This document shows positions 24,484 to 35,700 of a stretch of 64,000 bases of DNA, one piece after another. The translations under genes and the position numbers were made by a program. How positions within the stretch are numbered: position 1 is the stretch's first letter; every line of letters starts with the position of its first letter. The notes beneath the pieces are model-generated. The model searched no databases. It had not been told where the DNA came from and worked only from the letters and a program-made list of their open reading frames with translations. The DNA lies in assembly GCA_002633005.1 (NCBI GenBank), contig NMRA01000081.1, forward strand, positions 189,625-253,624, given 5' to 3'. The stretch is from Phoronis australis (Eukaryota; Animalia; Phoronida).

Positions 24484-27420
24484 TTTTATTTTCTAGAAAA
24501 TGTTTTATTTCCCAAAAGAAAATAACAGCAAATGCTAACTAACAACTATCTATCAATGGAAAAGGCACAACATTCACAGACCATTCATACACCCACACAC
24601 TCTTAATGAATAAGTTACCGGTGGTTCTCCTATTATACATGTGCGAGTAAATAAATATCTAAGTATTTACAGAAAGCCTCCCAAAAGATGAAATTGTGAA
24701 ATTCATAGTTTTTTTTTTAAATTGATGATCACCTTTCGTCTAACTTCGATATAAAGATACAAGGAATATAAACATTTTTCAAAAGTAAGCTTGCTGTGGT
24801 CCAAAGATGATTGAAATATAAAGTACTGGCATAAAGTTAGTACATTATCAATCTCTTTAAAATTAGGTCCAAAATACGCGTTTAAATGTTATTCTTTACT
24901 AAATATATGGTTTGTTTTGTTACATTACTTAACAAAGCTTGAACTTTGTACCACAGCGCCTGTACAAGTGAACAAACACAAAAAATGATCAAACATTTCA
25001 ACAGCATTACAGGACAAACAATTGTCATCTCTTACAATTTTCATCTTTTTAAAGATATACTTTGTGTAAACTTTTCTATGCACATAATAATATTTAAAAG
25101 TTTTAACTTTTTGAAGGAGTACAAGTCTGAATGGCAACTCGTAAATCTTTCCAATTTGTTGGTCTGAATACATATCACTTAATCTGTGTTCTACATCAGG
25201 TTGTTAAATCGTTTTTATAAAAAGTAATTTTTAGTTGATTGTGCATTAATCTGGCTGTACTGAAAGTTGTCCATTGAATTTGCCTTGGAAGAGTTCATTC
25301 TATTGGGTAATTAAAGTGCCTAAGTTGAATCTTTGTTTCATATCTTACCAAAGACAAAAACTTGAACTAAACACTTAATAAATCTTTTATATAAGCTATG
25401 TCAGCCTTGTAGAACTCGCTGAAAAACACAGATTTGCATTTCTAGTGTTTCATATTACCTGACTAATAATATCAATTTCGCTGTGTAAGACAACGCTAAC
25501 ATTTTCCCATGCATTCAACAAGTCACAACAAAAGTTTGTGGTATCATTCAAACGCAACAACTTGGCCGAAATTTTAACTGAAAAAATAATGCACCCTGAT
25601 TCCTCCTAAAAAGGAAATTTGGAAAGGCTTTCCAGTATTTGTTCCCTCCTTCTACATGACGTTGAACCCATTTCACTACCAGTGAGTTACAGGTAACATT
25701 TATGTCTGTCACTGTCAAGCCACCATTGGCTGACGTTGAACCCATTTCACTACCAGTGAGTTACAGGTAACATTTATGTCTGTCACTGTCAAGCCACCAT
25801 TGGCTGACGTTGAACCCATTTCACTACCAGTGAGTTACAGGTAACATTTATGTCTGTCACTGTCAAGCCACCATGTGCATGAGTCTGACACACTTCTCTT
25901 CCCTCTTATTTTGCCTAAAAATTGGACATCAAAGATATACCTGTTCTCTACAAACAGTATCAATACCCAAATTATTGATGACATAAATAATTTTAGATAA
26001 GACAAAAATTTTCACAACATCTATTTCCCCAATTAACTAATATTGCAGCTTTTCCACAGTTTTCTTAAAACTTTTAACTTTGGAATCATAGTTGAATCAT
26101 TTTCCTTTTTATTATGGCCAAAAATATCCCTAAACACTTGATTGGCCTGCCAATAAATTTAACCCCGTGCAATGGCTTGGAACAAGCTTTTTATCTTCCG
26201 AGATACAGAACTTTACATTTTTTATAATTAATTTCGAATCAGACAAACGACCAAAATTATTAAAAACTTTATCGTTTAAAAATGTTGTTGTGTCATCCGC
26301 ATACTGGAAATCTTTTATTTCAGTATTTTCAATTTTAATTCCTGAAATGACGTCACTTGATCTGATATAATTTTCCATAATCTCACCAGCTAAGCAAAAC
26401 AAGGGGCCAGAGAGCGAGTCACCCTGTCGCACTCCCCGTTGGAGTGGAAAATAACTGGTTGTTGTTGAATACGCAACCCATCGGTCTCTTATAAATTACT
26501 TGGATCCGTGTCCTGATAACAGAGTCAATTTTAAAAGCGTTCAAAGTTTTTGAAAGAAAGTCCCATGAAAGTGCATCGAATGCTTTACAAAAATCTAAGA
26601 AAGGGATACAGCCTTTACAGTTTGGACTATTGGTGTAGAAAATTTTGTCTTTGTATAATGCGAATGTTGAGTCCAATATATCTACCTTTTACTCCTGTTT
26701 GATTTTCATGGAGTAACTTATCAATAACACTATTTAATCGAAATGTAAGGACATTCGTAAATAATTTGAGTGTCAACATTTAATAACGATGGGGGTCGCT
26801 AAGTATCTAATGACAACAGTTGCTTTTATGATGGTGAAAGGTCACCAACTTTAAAACTATTCTCAAAAGCTTCCAGTGAATTCCTTCTGACTTCCTGCCA
26901 GAAACACGTGCAGAACTCATAACTGAGCCCATCATTTCCTGGAGACTTGTTATTCTTAATTTGTTTTATGCTTCAACAAATTCTTCGTCAGGCAATGGTT
27001 TGTCTAATAAATCTGCCTCTCAAGGTTCTAATGTATTCGGAAGATCGAAGAGATTTGTAGGAGTAACATCTTGATCAACCCAGTGACCAGCGGCATTAAG
27101 GGTAGAGAAAAAGTCTACCACTTCCGCTTCAATTTCTTAATTATTATTAATGTTTGTTTTCCATACTGGCATGTTCACTATTATGGTCATCTATCACTTT
27201 TTGAGACAGTGGACATATTCTTCATTGTCAAAAAGACTATTGTTAATTTTCCAAATTTTCTTGTTATAGCCTCTGAGTGTGCAAGTACTAATTTTCTACA
27301 GAATGATCAGAGAAAACAAAATCATTATTTGTTTTACACCGAAGGTGATCCTTTAAAACCTTGGAGAAAATCCAGAACTCTATTCTACCAAAGATTTTAT
27401 GTAGTTTCTTTGATTCTACT
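24484..27420 (-). mobile_element. Decayed, 5'-truncated non-LTR retrotransposon, L1/Tx1 clade (ORF2 RT remnant)
   Basis: - strand fragments in the expected order: KSPGNDGLSYEF (~26950), LDFCKAFDALSWDFL, RQGDSLSGPLF, QYADDTT, GGL, and a C-terminal CxxC..E..DHF..C zinc knuckle (~25000). A-rich tail with AATAAA near 24490-24510. Many stops and frameshifts. 5' boundary approximate. Confidence 0.88.
25657..25874. repeat. 74-bp period perfect triplication within the LINE
   Basis: Identical 70-bp units at 25657, 25731 and 25805, joined by tggc. Confidence 0.95.
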
Positions 27421-28869
27421 CTGTAAATTGTGTTTTGGCCGAGGCCCGCCTCCTACCGTCGGTCCTCGTCGGCGCTGCAGTCGAATTCATTTCATACGTG
27501 CACGTGGGAGCCGTATCGGTCATATTAGGAAAAAATGGCTTTGCTATGAAAACGCAATCATATTCAGTCCAACAGGTCCAGTCGTTGCCGGACCAATATT
27601 TACGACCAAGTATGTCAAAAAGGCATTTTTATGAAGTATATTTTCATAAAGAAAGCCAGCAGATACTGTTTTAAATTTATTTTTGCCCTAATCAATGGTG
27701 TTGTTTGTTATATGGATAACAAATTTGTTTTTGATTGATTTTACCTTTTCTTCAAAGTACCGGATGCTCGTTGTTCAAGCTATTCCTCATCTTGCCTTTA
27801 AGTGACGTTTGCTTTTTATTTCTATTATTTGGCGGGTTTAGAATTTCGTCTTCAACCGAAAGATTATATGACCTTGTGGAGACATTTCAAAACTTTATCT
27901 CTGTAGGTGTTTGCATTTTGAATTAATGAAACTTTTCATGAGTATGGTCATAAATCAGAATTTCTGGTTTTCCATCTTAAATTTTGAAATTAAACTTACG
28001 AAATTTTTATTAACTTCTGTTTATCAAGAAAAAATTGAAGTGTTCTACTAGAATTTGTTTTTACCTCTTCCCAAACAACATTCTTTGCACAAATCTGTGT
28101 AAAAAACATAAGACTAAAAATATGTTATCTCTTCATGATATAATTTGAAAATATATTTCTAGTGAACCAATGTTTATTAACTAAACTTCATGTCATCCTA
28201 ACTGTTCAAGGAGGCCTCTAGAATGCAACAAGTGAGACTTAAATTCTCAAAATTTTTCAGGGAGGATCCTCAAACCCCTCCTTCGGGACGGAGTACCCCT
28301 CTCGTACCCTTCGTCAAATCACATTTGCCGAACCATAAGTGCGACGCCACTGGTGTGGACGAGGTCGTGGTTGTTTTATTACAATGATTTTTATAAGGCA
28401 AATGCCCATGGACGTGTAAGCGTTGTATTGTTTGTTTTGTTGAGGAAATTTACAGAACTTATTACACCTAATGATATATTTTTAAGGCTGCCAATCGTCT
28501 CACCATTCCATATAAACCCGGTTATCAAAAGGCAGTCAGGACCCTCAACAAGTAACCATTACTCTGTATAAGGCCGTCCTTCAAATATTTTTGTTGTTTC
28601 CTCTCGCCCTAAACTTACTCCTCTAAGATGAGTAGGTAGGTAAACCGCAAAAACATTTGTTTTTTAATTCTTGAAAAACGAGTAATTCTTTTGTCTGGTT
28701 TTGAGTCGCACATATATTTTACGGTCAGTCGCGCGGAGGGAAACAAAATAAATTTTAATTTACTCCTTAGATATTTTTAAACGAACGACATGGGCCCGGG
28801 GATATATGTGGAAACTGGAAACTGGTTTTGGGTGGCTCAAGTTTGCGTAATTTACGAGGGCAATCCCCT

Positions 28870-29117
28870 AGGTCACATGATTATCAAACAAGTGGGCGCT
28901 GACCTAGTTTTTGGTGCAACCCCCGGATGTGCTACCTCACCGCCATTTTGGACAGTAGACAAACGGGAGGTCGGCAAAAACGCATGACGAGATTAGTTAC
29001 GCGACGTTTTTGAAGATTATCTTGCACCGAGAGTCACGTTAATGTCTTAGAAGTACATGCATCCTTGGATACTTCTCCGGGTGAAGGTGTCTCGTATTTT
29101 AATCGTTGGAAGTTCTG
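28870..29117 (+). promoter_or_regulatory. Probable myosin-18 promoter and non-coding first exon
   Basis: CpG-rich patch with E-box GGTCACATGA (28871), ETS-like CCGGATGT (28923), YY1-like CGCCATTTT (28941) and strong donor CTG|GTGAGT at 29117/29118. The ATG-bearing exon has an acceptor at 32630, so it needs an upstream exon. Confidence 0.55.
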
Positions 29118-30304
29118 GTGAGTTAACTTGCCCAGCATTGACACTGTGCAGTGCACTCGCAGTCATTGACACTGGCTGACTGGCGAGCGGCAGAACGGTA
29201 GCATCGAACAGTAACTCTGTTGTCTAGTAATTTGCTATACGAGTCTAGAACAGACTGGCAGCTAGACACAGTGTTTGCTACTCTCTTTTATTTACATTAC
29301 TGTTGTTTGTTTAGAAACTCGCTTTCAGCCATTCAGTTTCAGTAGCGAGTTAGACAGTGACCACTGTCTCTACTAGTCTAGGTCCGGTGGCTCAGAGCAT
29401 ACTGAGCCAGAGTCGAGACTGTGGACTGTGGTCACTGTCTAGTAGTGAGTGGCCCTGGCCTGGCTGGATGGGCAGTGGTTTGACAGTTTTTGACACTCTG
29501 GAGGAGTGAGGGCACTGGTCTGATTTAGAGAACCAGGTTCATCCACTGCATAACTGACCCATTTTTCAGTTGCCTTGGGGGGGATGTCCCTCTAACGTTA
29601 GCCAGCCGTATCCTTGGGTGCTGGAGTGATTGTTAGATAAGTGGCCCTAACTAGACAGCGTGTCTCCGTAAGATTGGTGGTATAGTCGCATTTTTGTGGA
29701 TAGGTAGGTAGGCTACAAAATTGTGGCCATCGTGCAGGTCGACGAAGGGTTGAGTTAAGTTGTCATCAGGTTTGGAGTGTATTATAAATCCATTATCGGG
29801 GTTGCTTAGGTATTGCGTTAACGTAGTGAAATTCAGTGCAACCGTTCGTCTTGCAACCATACACTTCACCATTTTGAAACCTGAGTTCATTAAGCATGAC
29901 ACAATGATTACCCCGTGTCTTGCATTGTCATGCAGATGCGCAACAAAAATGGCGAGTTTTCAAAAATTGAGGACGAATTTTCACATTAGACTCTTTCTTG
30001 CATTGATATATGTGCTGGAAGCGAGTTTCATAAATTGCATATAGACAGGACTTGTGCTCGAAATATTCCATAGGTCGATCAGGCTAATGAATCAAGATTG
30101 AGAGTCCTGCTGAAATGTTGCATGCTAGTCCATCAAAACTGTTTCTTTTGAAAAGTATGCCAATGCTTTTCTTTTATATTCAAGTCACAATTAGCTTTAA
30201 TCAAATTGATTTTATGTGATGATTTGTTCTTTGGATTATGGTTGAAATTGACTTGGCTGCCCGGAACCACTTCATTACGACTGGCTAGTGGCCATTGCCA
30301 CAAA

Positions 30305-30466
30305 CTCAGCTTCAAGTCTTCTTCATTGTAACATTGCTCAGCTTCAAGTCTTCTTCATTGTAACATTGCTCAGCTTCAAGTCTTCTTCATTGTAACATTG
30401 CTCAGCTTCAAGTCTTCTTCATTGTAACATTGCTCAGCTTCAAGTCTTCTTCATTGTAACATTGCT
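30305..30466. repeat. 32-bp unit x5 perfect minisatellite
   Basis: ctcagcttcaagtcttcttcattgtaacattg at 30305, 30337, 30369, 30401 and 30433, with no spacers. Confidence 0.95.
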
Positions 30467-32645
30467 ACCATACAAGTTGATTGTGACAAGCCTTGTTTGC
30501 AGTGCTTGAAGTATAAACTTTGAAAGTAATCCTGCTAAAAGACACTTTAGACGGATATTAGAGGTGCGGGAGGAAAGTGATTCTCTGAGATCAGCCTCAG
30601 CACGTAATGGTGCAGCTAAACTCTTCTCAATTAATGTCAAGAGTATTTTAAGCATATTTTGGTGGTAAAATCTCTGGGTTTGATTTTAGAAAATGAGTCC
30701 TTGATAACTGCAAGAATTGACGACTTGTTGTTTTATTAGCGCTTGGTAAAACCTTATCCCAAAATATGTTGTTTTTTGTAAATTGGATAATGTCCCTTTA
30801 AACATGTATACTTGTAGCAGCCATAAAACGGGTCCCAAATTGATCATTTTTCAAATGAGAAATTGTGTTGAGCTGAGAAAGAACTCACTGTCATTGCTCA
30901 GGACCAGGCTGGGTGCTGAAAATGATTAGCCATGACTAGCGGAGTAGAGCCTGGTCTCAAGAGCAATAACAGCCTGTCAGTTCTGTCCCAAGTCCTAAAG
31001 ACATTTCTTATTTGATTAAGGAACAATGTGAAAAAAATTGGAGAACAGGTTTATGAGTCCTTATACAGGTCTTAAGTTATTACTAGAACTCTACCTTTTT
31101 GTTTTAGTTTCTACTTGGGATGCGATTCAAGCGTCTCATCGCCTGTGTGTGTGATACTTGCTGGCTTCATGGCTTTTGTAACTGTGTGAATGAAAACAGT
31201 GAAACCTGTTTTTGTCTAATGTACATCAACTGTATCTGTATTCATAGTTTGTGATTGAGGTCATAAACAGATTACAACAGACTGATTATAGTTCTGGGGT
31301 CATCTCTCCAGGTCAGAAATTGAATGTATTTTTAATGTGAATGATTCATAAAATGTCTCTCTCCTCAATGCCTTCAAATCTCTATTGTCGCCGCCTCGTC
31401 CTCAATTTCCCATCACAGTACAAACATTTATGCCTTTTTACTCCGTTTCAGTCCACCTCTATCAATGTTAATACGTTTCCAAGTTTGAAGTACATTGAAC
31501 TTAAAGCATTTTTGTATTTTATGGTGGAAGCCTTGCCGTAACCTCTATATTAATGTAGACATTACTCCATCTCCTCCCACTTGTTTATATTGTATGTCAC
31601 AGGGTAACATATGAACCCACTCCACATGCCTTGACATTCACAGTTTGTTTACTCCATCAACTAGACCTTTATTCGAGGCTGGCATTAATATTCCATGTGG
31701 CTACACTAGTAACATCAGCTGAGTCCCAAGTTAATGTCTTAGTGAACTGGGGCTCTAATAACTGGCAGGAGGATTACCATCAACATGTTTTCCGTGAGTT
31801 GCAGGTTTTATAGTCACATAGCTATGTGGAATTTTGTTTGGAAAAATTTCTTCAATTTCCAAGGAAATAAGCTCTTTATGGTGCAGTTGCAAATGCCTAT
31901 AGATGGTATTGTTGACACTTGTGGATTTTTTGTGATCTTGTGCCCTAATTTGAGACATACTAATTGTTTCCATTATGCACTAGATCTGGTCCCAGGCTTT
32001 AATCTCTGTATTCAAAATTCTTCTTGAAAATTGTCCATCTGCATGTCCTGCTTCGACTAAACTTGGCAAATCTGTACCCAATCTGTACTGTGATTGGTTA
32101 AATTTTGAGTTTGTCGCGTCTCAGTTTGTAGTTTAGGCCCTGGACTCAGTTGGAACAACATTTAGAAAACGAAATTAAGTTTTCTTGGTGCAAATTTGAC
32201 TGTTGCCTTCCACATGACTTACTCTTTATCCTGTAAATCATGATGCCTTAAATAGACTTTCACTGTAGTTCCCAGTTTTTCCTGGAGAGTTTAAATTGTT
32301 TATTATTGCATTGAGAGATCACTAGTCTGCAGCCTGAGAAAAGCTTGGCATTTTTAAGGAACAGCCTCCAGGCTTTGAAATAAATTGTTCCGCTTTTTCA
32401 TGGGGTTTTGGTGACAGTAATACGTCATGTCACTATTAAGTCAGCACAGGTAGTAATCTGAATTGTGCTGTGTACCTCTTCTCTGGCTAGCTTGTTGCTT
32501 AATTCATAAAGCAGTCCTGCTTTGTGTGTCAAAGGATACACTGTTGCCTATTGACATCAAGTATTTGGCATGCTTTGCTTTCATCCCAGGTGTTGTACAG
32601 TGTGTTTGATTTGTACTTCTTTGGTTGTAGTCAGCGAGCCGGAAA

Positions 32646-32788
32646 ATGTTCAGCTTCATGAAGAAACACGATAAGGAAGGGAAAGAGAAGAAGAAGGAGA
32701 AAAAAGAGAAAAAGGAAAAGGCCAAGAAGCCCCCGATGACCCAGGATGAGCTGAAGAGGCTTGACGAGGTGAAGAAGGGCCTCTTCAG
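32646..32788 (+). CDS. MYO18A: Myosin-18 coding exon 1 (KE-rich)
   Basis: [25 protein letters not shown]...GLFR. Upstream acceptor ends at 32630. Donor AG|GTGCGT, phase 2. Confidence 0.9.
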
Positions 32789-35700
32789 GTGCGTTGTTTT
32801 CCTCTATGATTTATTATATAACCTAATCGGACAATGTTTTGACATTTGGTAAAGTATTACCAATTTTGGCCAAAAATAATTGCCGAAATTGCATTTTTTC
32901 ATTTTTCAATCGCTTTGAACATTGTTCTGAATGCTCACAATTTTTCAAGATATTGTCTGTTGGTAGCTGTGCTCCAAAACATGTTGGTGCTATGCATCCT
33001 GTCTGGAAAAACGAGGAAACAAAATTTCACGTCTGCCACTTTGTGTCCTGAATTAGTGAGATTATACCATTATATGGTGTAACTATGAATTATTGTCTTA
33101 ATTTTTGATGAAAACTCATCGGGGTGTAGTATGAGCACAATTCACTGTAAAAGATTGATCATTTTCCCTTCAACTTTCTTGGATCAGTAGTTTGCCATAA
33201 TGGCTGAGATGCCCTTCATTGACCAAATTTGAAATTTGGCATGTGTTATTAATCAATTTGCTTATATGAAATTGTTATGAAATGCCACAGATTACTGTCT
33301 CTGTGTGTCAAATCCTGCCTGACAGTGCAATTTTATTGACAACTGTAGTTGGAGAACTGCATTTGAGAGTACAGTTCCCTTGGTGCACTGTTGCTGATTA
33401 GTGAATATTGCTTTGTTGTATCTATTGTTGTATGTTCTCAAGTAGCTCTGGGCATTTGTAAAATCTCACTAATTCCAGACAAAAGTAATTGCCAAAAGTG
33501 CCCTTTTTCTTTCTTCAATGACTTCTACCACTGTTTTAAATGCCCATGATTTTTCAAAATGTTTCTGATGGTAGCTGTGCAACAGAATTTGAACGTGGGT
33601 GACCATTGATTTGGTACTACTAATCTTTTAAAGAGAATAAGTTGAAAATGAAATTTCACCTGTCTGCAATATTGTGTTCTTAATCGGTGAGATTTTGCTG
33701 TAGTCTTATTTGGTTGATGTTTGTTTTATTTTTGTTGTGAAGTCGTTCTTCTCGTATTATGTACTGTTCCACTTTCATGCTGTCTCTAGAGACACATTTC
33801 ACGTCCGTCTGCTTCCATCTATTTTATTGATCAGCTTTTATCCAAGACCTCATTTACAAGTTGAATCATGACTAATACAAGTTGAATCATGGCTACTGAA
33901 ACAGCAGAGTTACATCCTTGTTTTCAGTGCCACACAATCGGACAATTGTTATCTGGTTATTTTTTATCAAACAGGAGGCGTAGTGACCGATCACACAAAG
34001 GTGACGGAGATAATGCTAGCACTGGCAGTACGGGAAGTGGTTCAAACAGTCCCAGGGCATCATGGGTGGGGAGGGGACGGCATAAATCTCCAGATGTGGA
34101 GAGTGCAGGTAGTTCAGACTCCACACCCCGAGAAGAGAGACCTGTCGAACAGATGTTCTCGAATCAGAAACATGTCGAGCTGAAGTCCTCTGTTAAAGCC
34201 AGCGAACCTCCCAAGCCAAAACCTCGAAGTATTCTCAAGGAGAAGTCTCACTATGGGCCAAAGATGGTGTCGCAGAATATGAATTCCAGCCTCATTGACC
34301 CCGAACTAGTGGAGGCGAATACAGCACTGAATGAAAACATGTCAGGCGTTGTCGGAGAACCTATGAATATAACTGTGCCTGCAGTTCCACCGAAGAAACG
34401 ACCCTCATCTACACATAGTGCAAAACGACCATCTTCACAGCACAACGGTAACACTACACCGTCGTTCACAATCCCCCCTCCTCCAACTGAAGAGCCTCCT
34501 AAAGAGGCCCCTCCCAGAAGTCCTGCTGACAAGACATACGGCGTGGAGTTGAAGCTGCCTGGTTTCGCCCCTCCCAAACCACCTCGTGTTCGCGAGCTGA
34601 CATTGAAACGTCAACCAGCTGGTGATTTTGGGTTCACCTTAAGACGGGGCAATGTGATAGAACGAGGGCCTGATGGAGAGGAAAATAAAAAGCCCGTCGT
34701 GTTTGCCGAGCCTGGCACTGGACTACGGAACGTTAACACAGGCCTGTTACCCGGCGATCGCCTGGTTGAGGTCAACGGGACTAACGTTGAGCACAAAAGT
34801 CGTGAGCAGATCATTGAATTGATTCGTAAGTCGAAGGATAGCGCCGTGTTGAAGGTACAGCCTATACCTGAACTGAGCGAACTGAGCATGAGGTCGGGAA
34901 TGGATGGTAGTCTACACGTGCTGAGTGATCAGAATGTGAAGGCGGGGAGCCTTCAGAGGAGTGGCAGCAAGAGACACAAGAAGGGAATGGTAAGTGAAGA
35001 TCTTCTCTCTGCATCTAGTCAAACATGGTACTGCACCATGTTTAGAAATATTGTGTCAGACCTAAAAAGCTCTCTGCCAGCAATGTTTAAAAAGCCGTTT
35101 TTTACTTTACTAGGCAAGTTATAGGTTATAGTGTTTCATGAATGACATGCTTAGTGAGTGGAATTAATGTGTCCCTTGAGTTGTTTCTGTGCAGTTAGGA
35201 TCTTGACTCTTGAGTGAGCACAACTTATGCAGCTAGTCTTACCAGGTGTTTCATCTCCAAGTGAATGAATATGGTGTTCCCATCTGAGGGTGTTCTAAGT
35301 TAGTGGTCATCACATTTTGGATTGCAAAAATTGTTGCCTTTAACAATGACTCCTTCTGTTCACTGACCTGCTGACCTGTTATCACATCAAGTACTGATAT
35401 AATGGTAGCTAATAGTTGTTGTGAATGTAAAGAATGCATTTCTTGTATTGTTAGGCTGCTCTGGTTACCAATGTACACTGCCTTAATAACACATAACAAG
35501 CTATGCAGTGTCTCTTGCTGCCTCTTGGTTGTCATTAAATGTGTTGTTCTGATAAGACCCTCCAGTTGGCAGTTACAGTACTAAAATGTCCATTACCATC
35601 TGTGAAGTGGACTATTCACTTGTTTTATCAGATCAACTCAAGAGGTGCCGCTAAATTGGTTACGTTTTCTTTTCTCATTTGTGTAAGTTTTCTCTTCAGT

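Noticed and set aside
27071-27634. 187-aa + strand ORF
   Set aside because: TTG start, antisense to decayed LINE and repeat sequence, with no recognisable protein features.
30305-30466. 32-bp repeats (and the 38-, 44- and 74-bp arrays) as a CRISPR array
   Set aside because: Units are directly adjacent with no unique spacers, there are no cas genes, and the context is eukaryotic.
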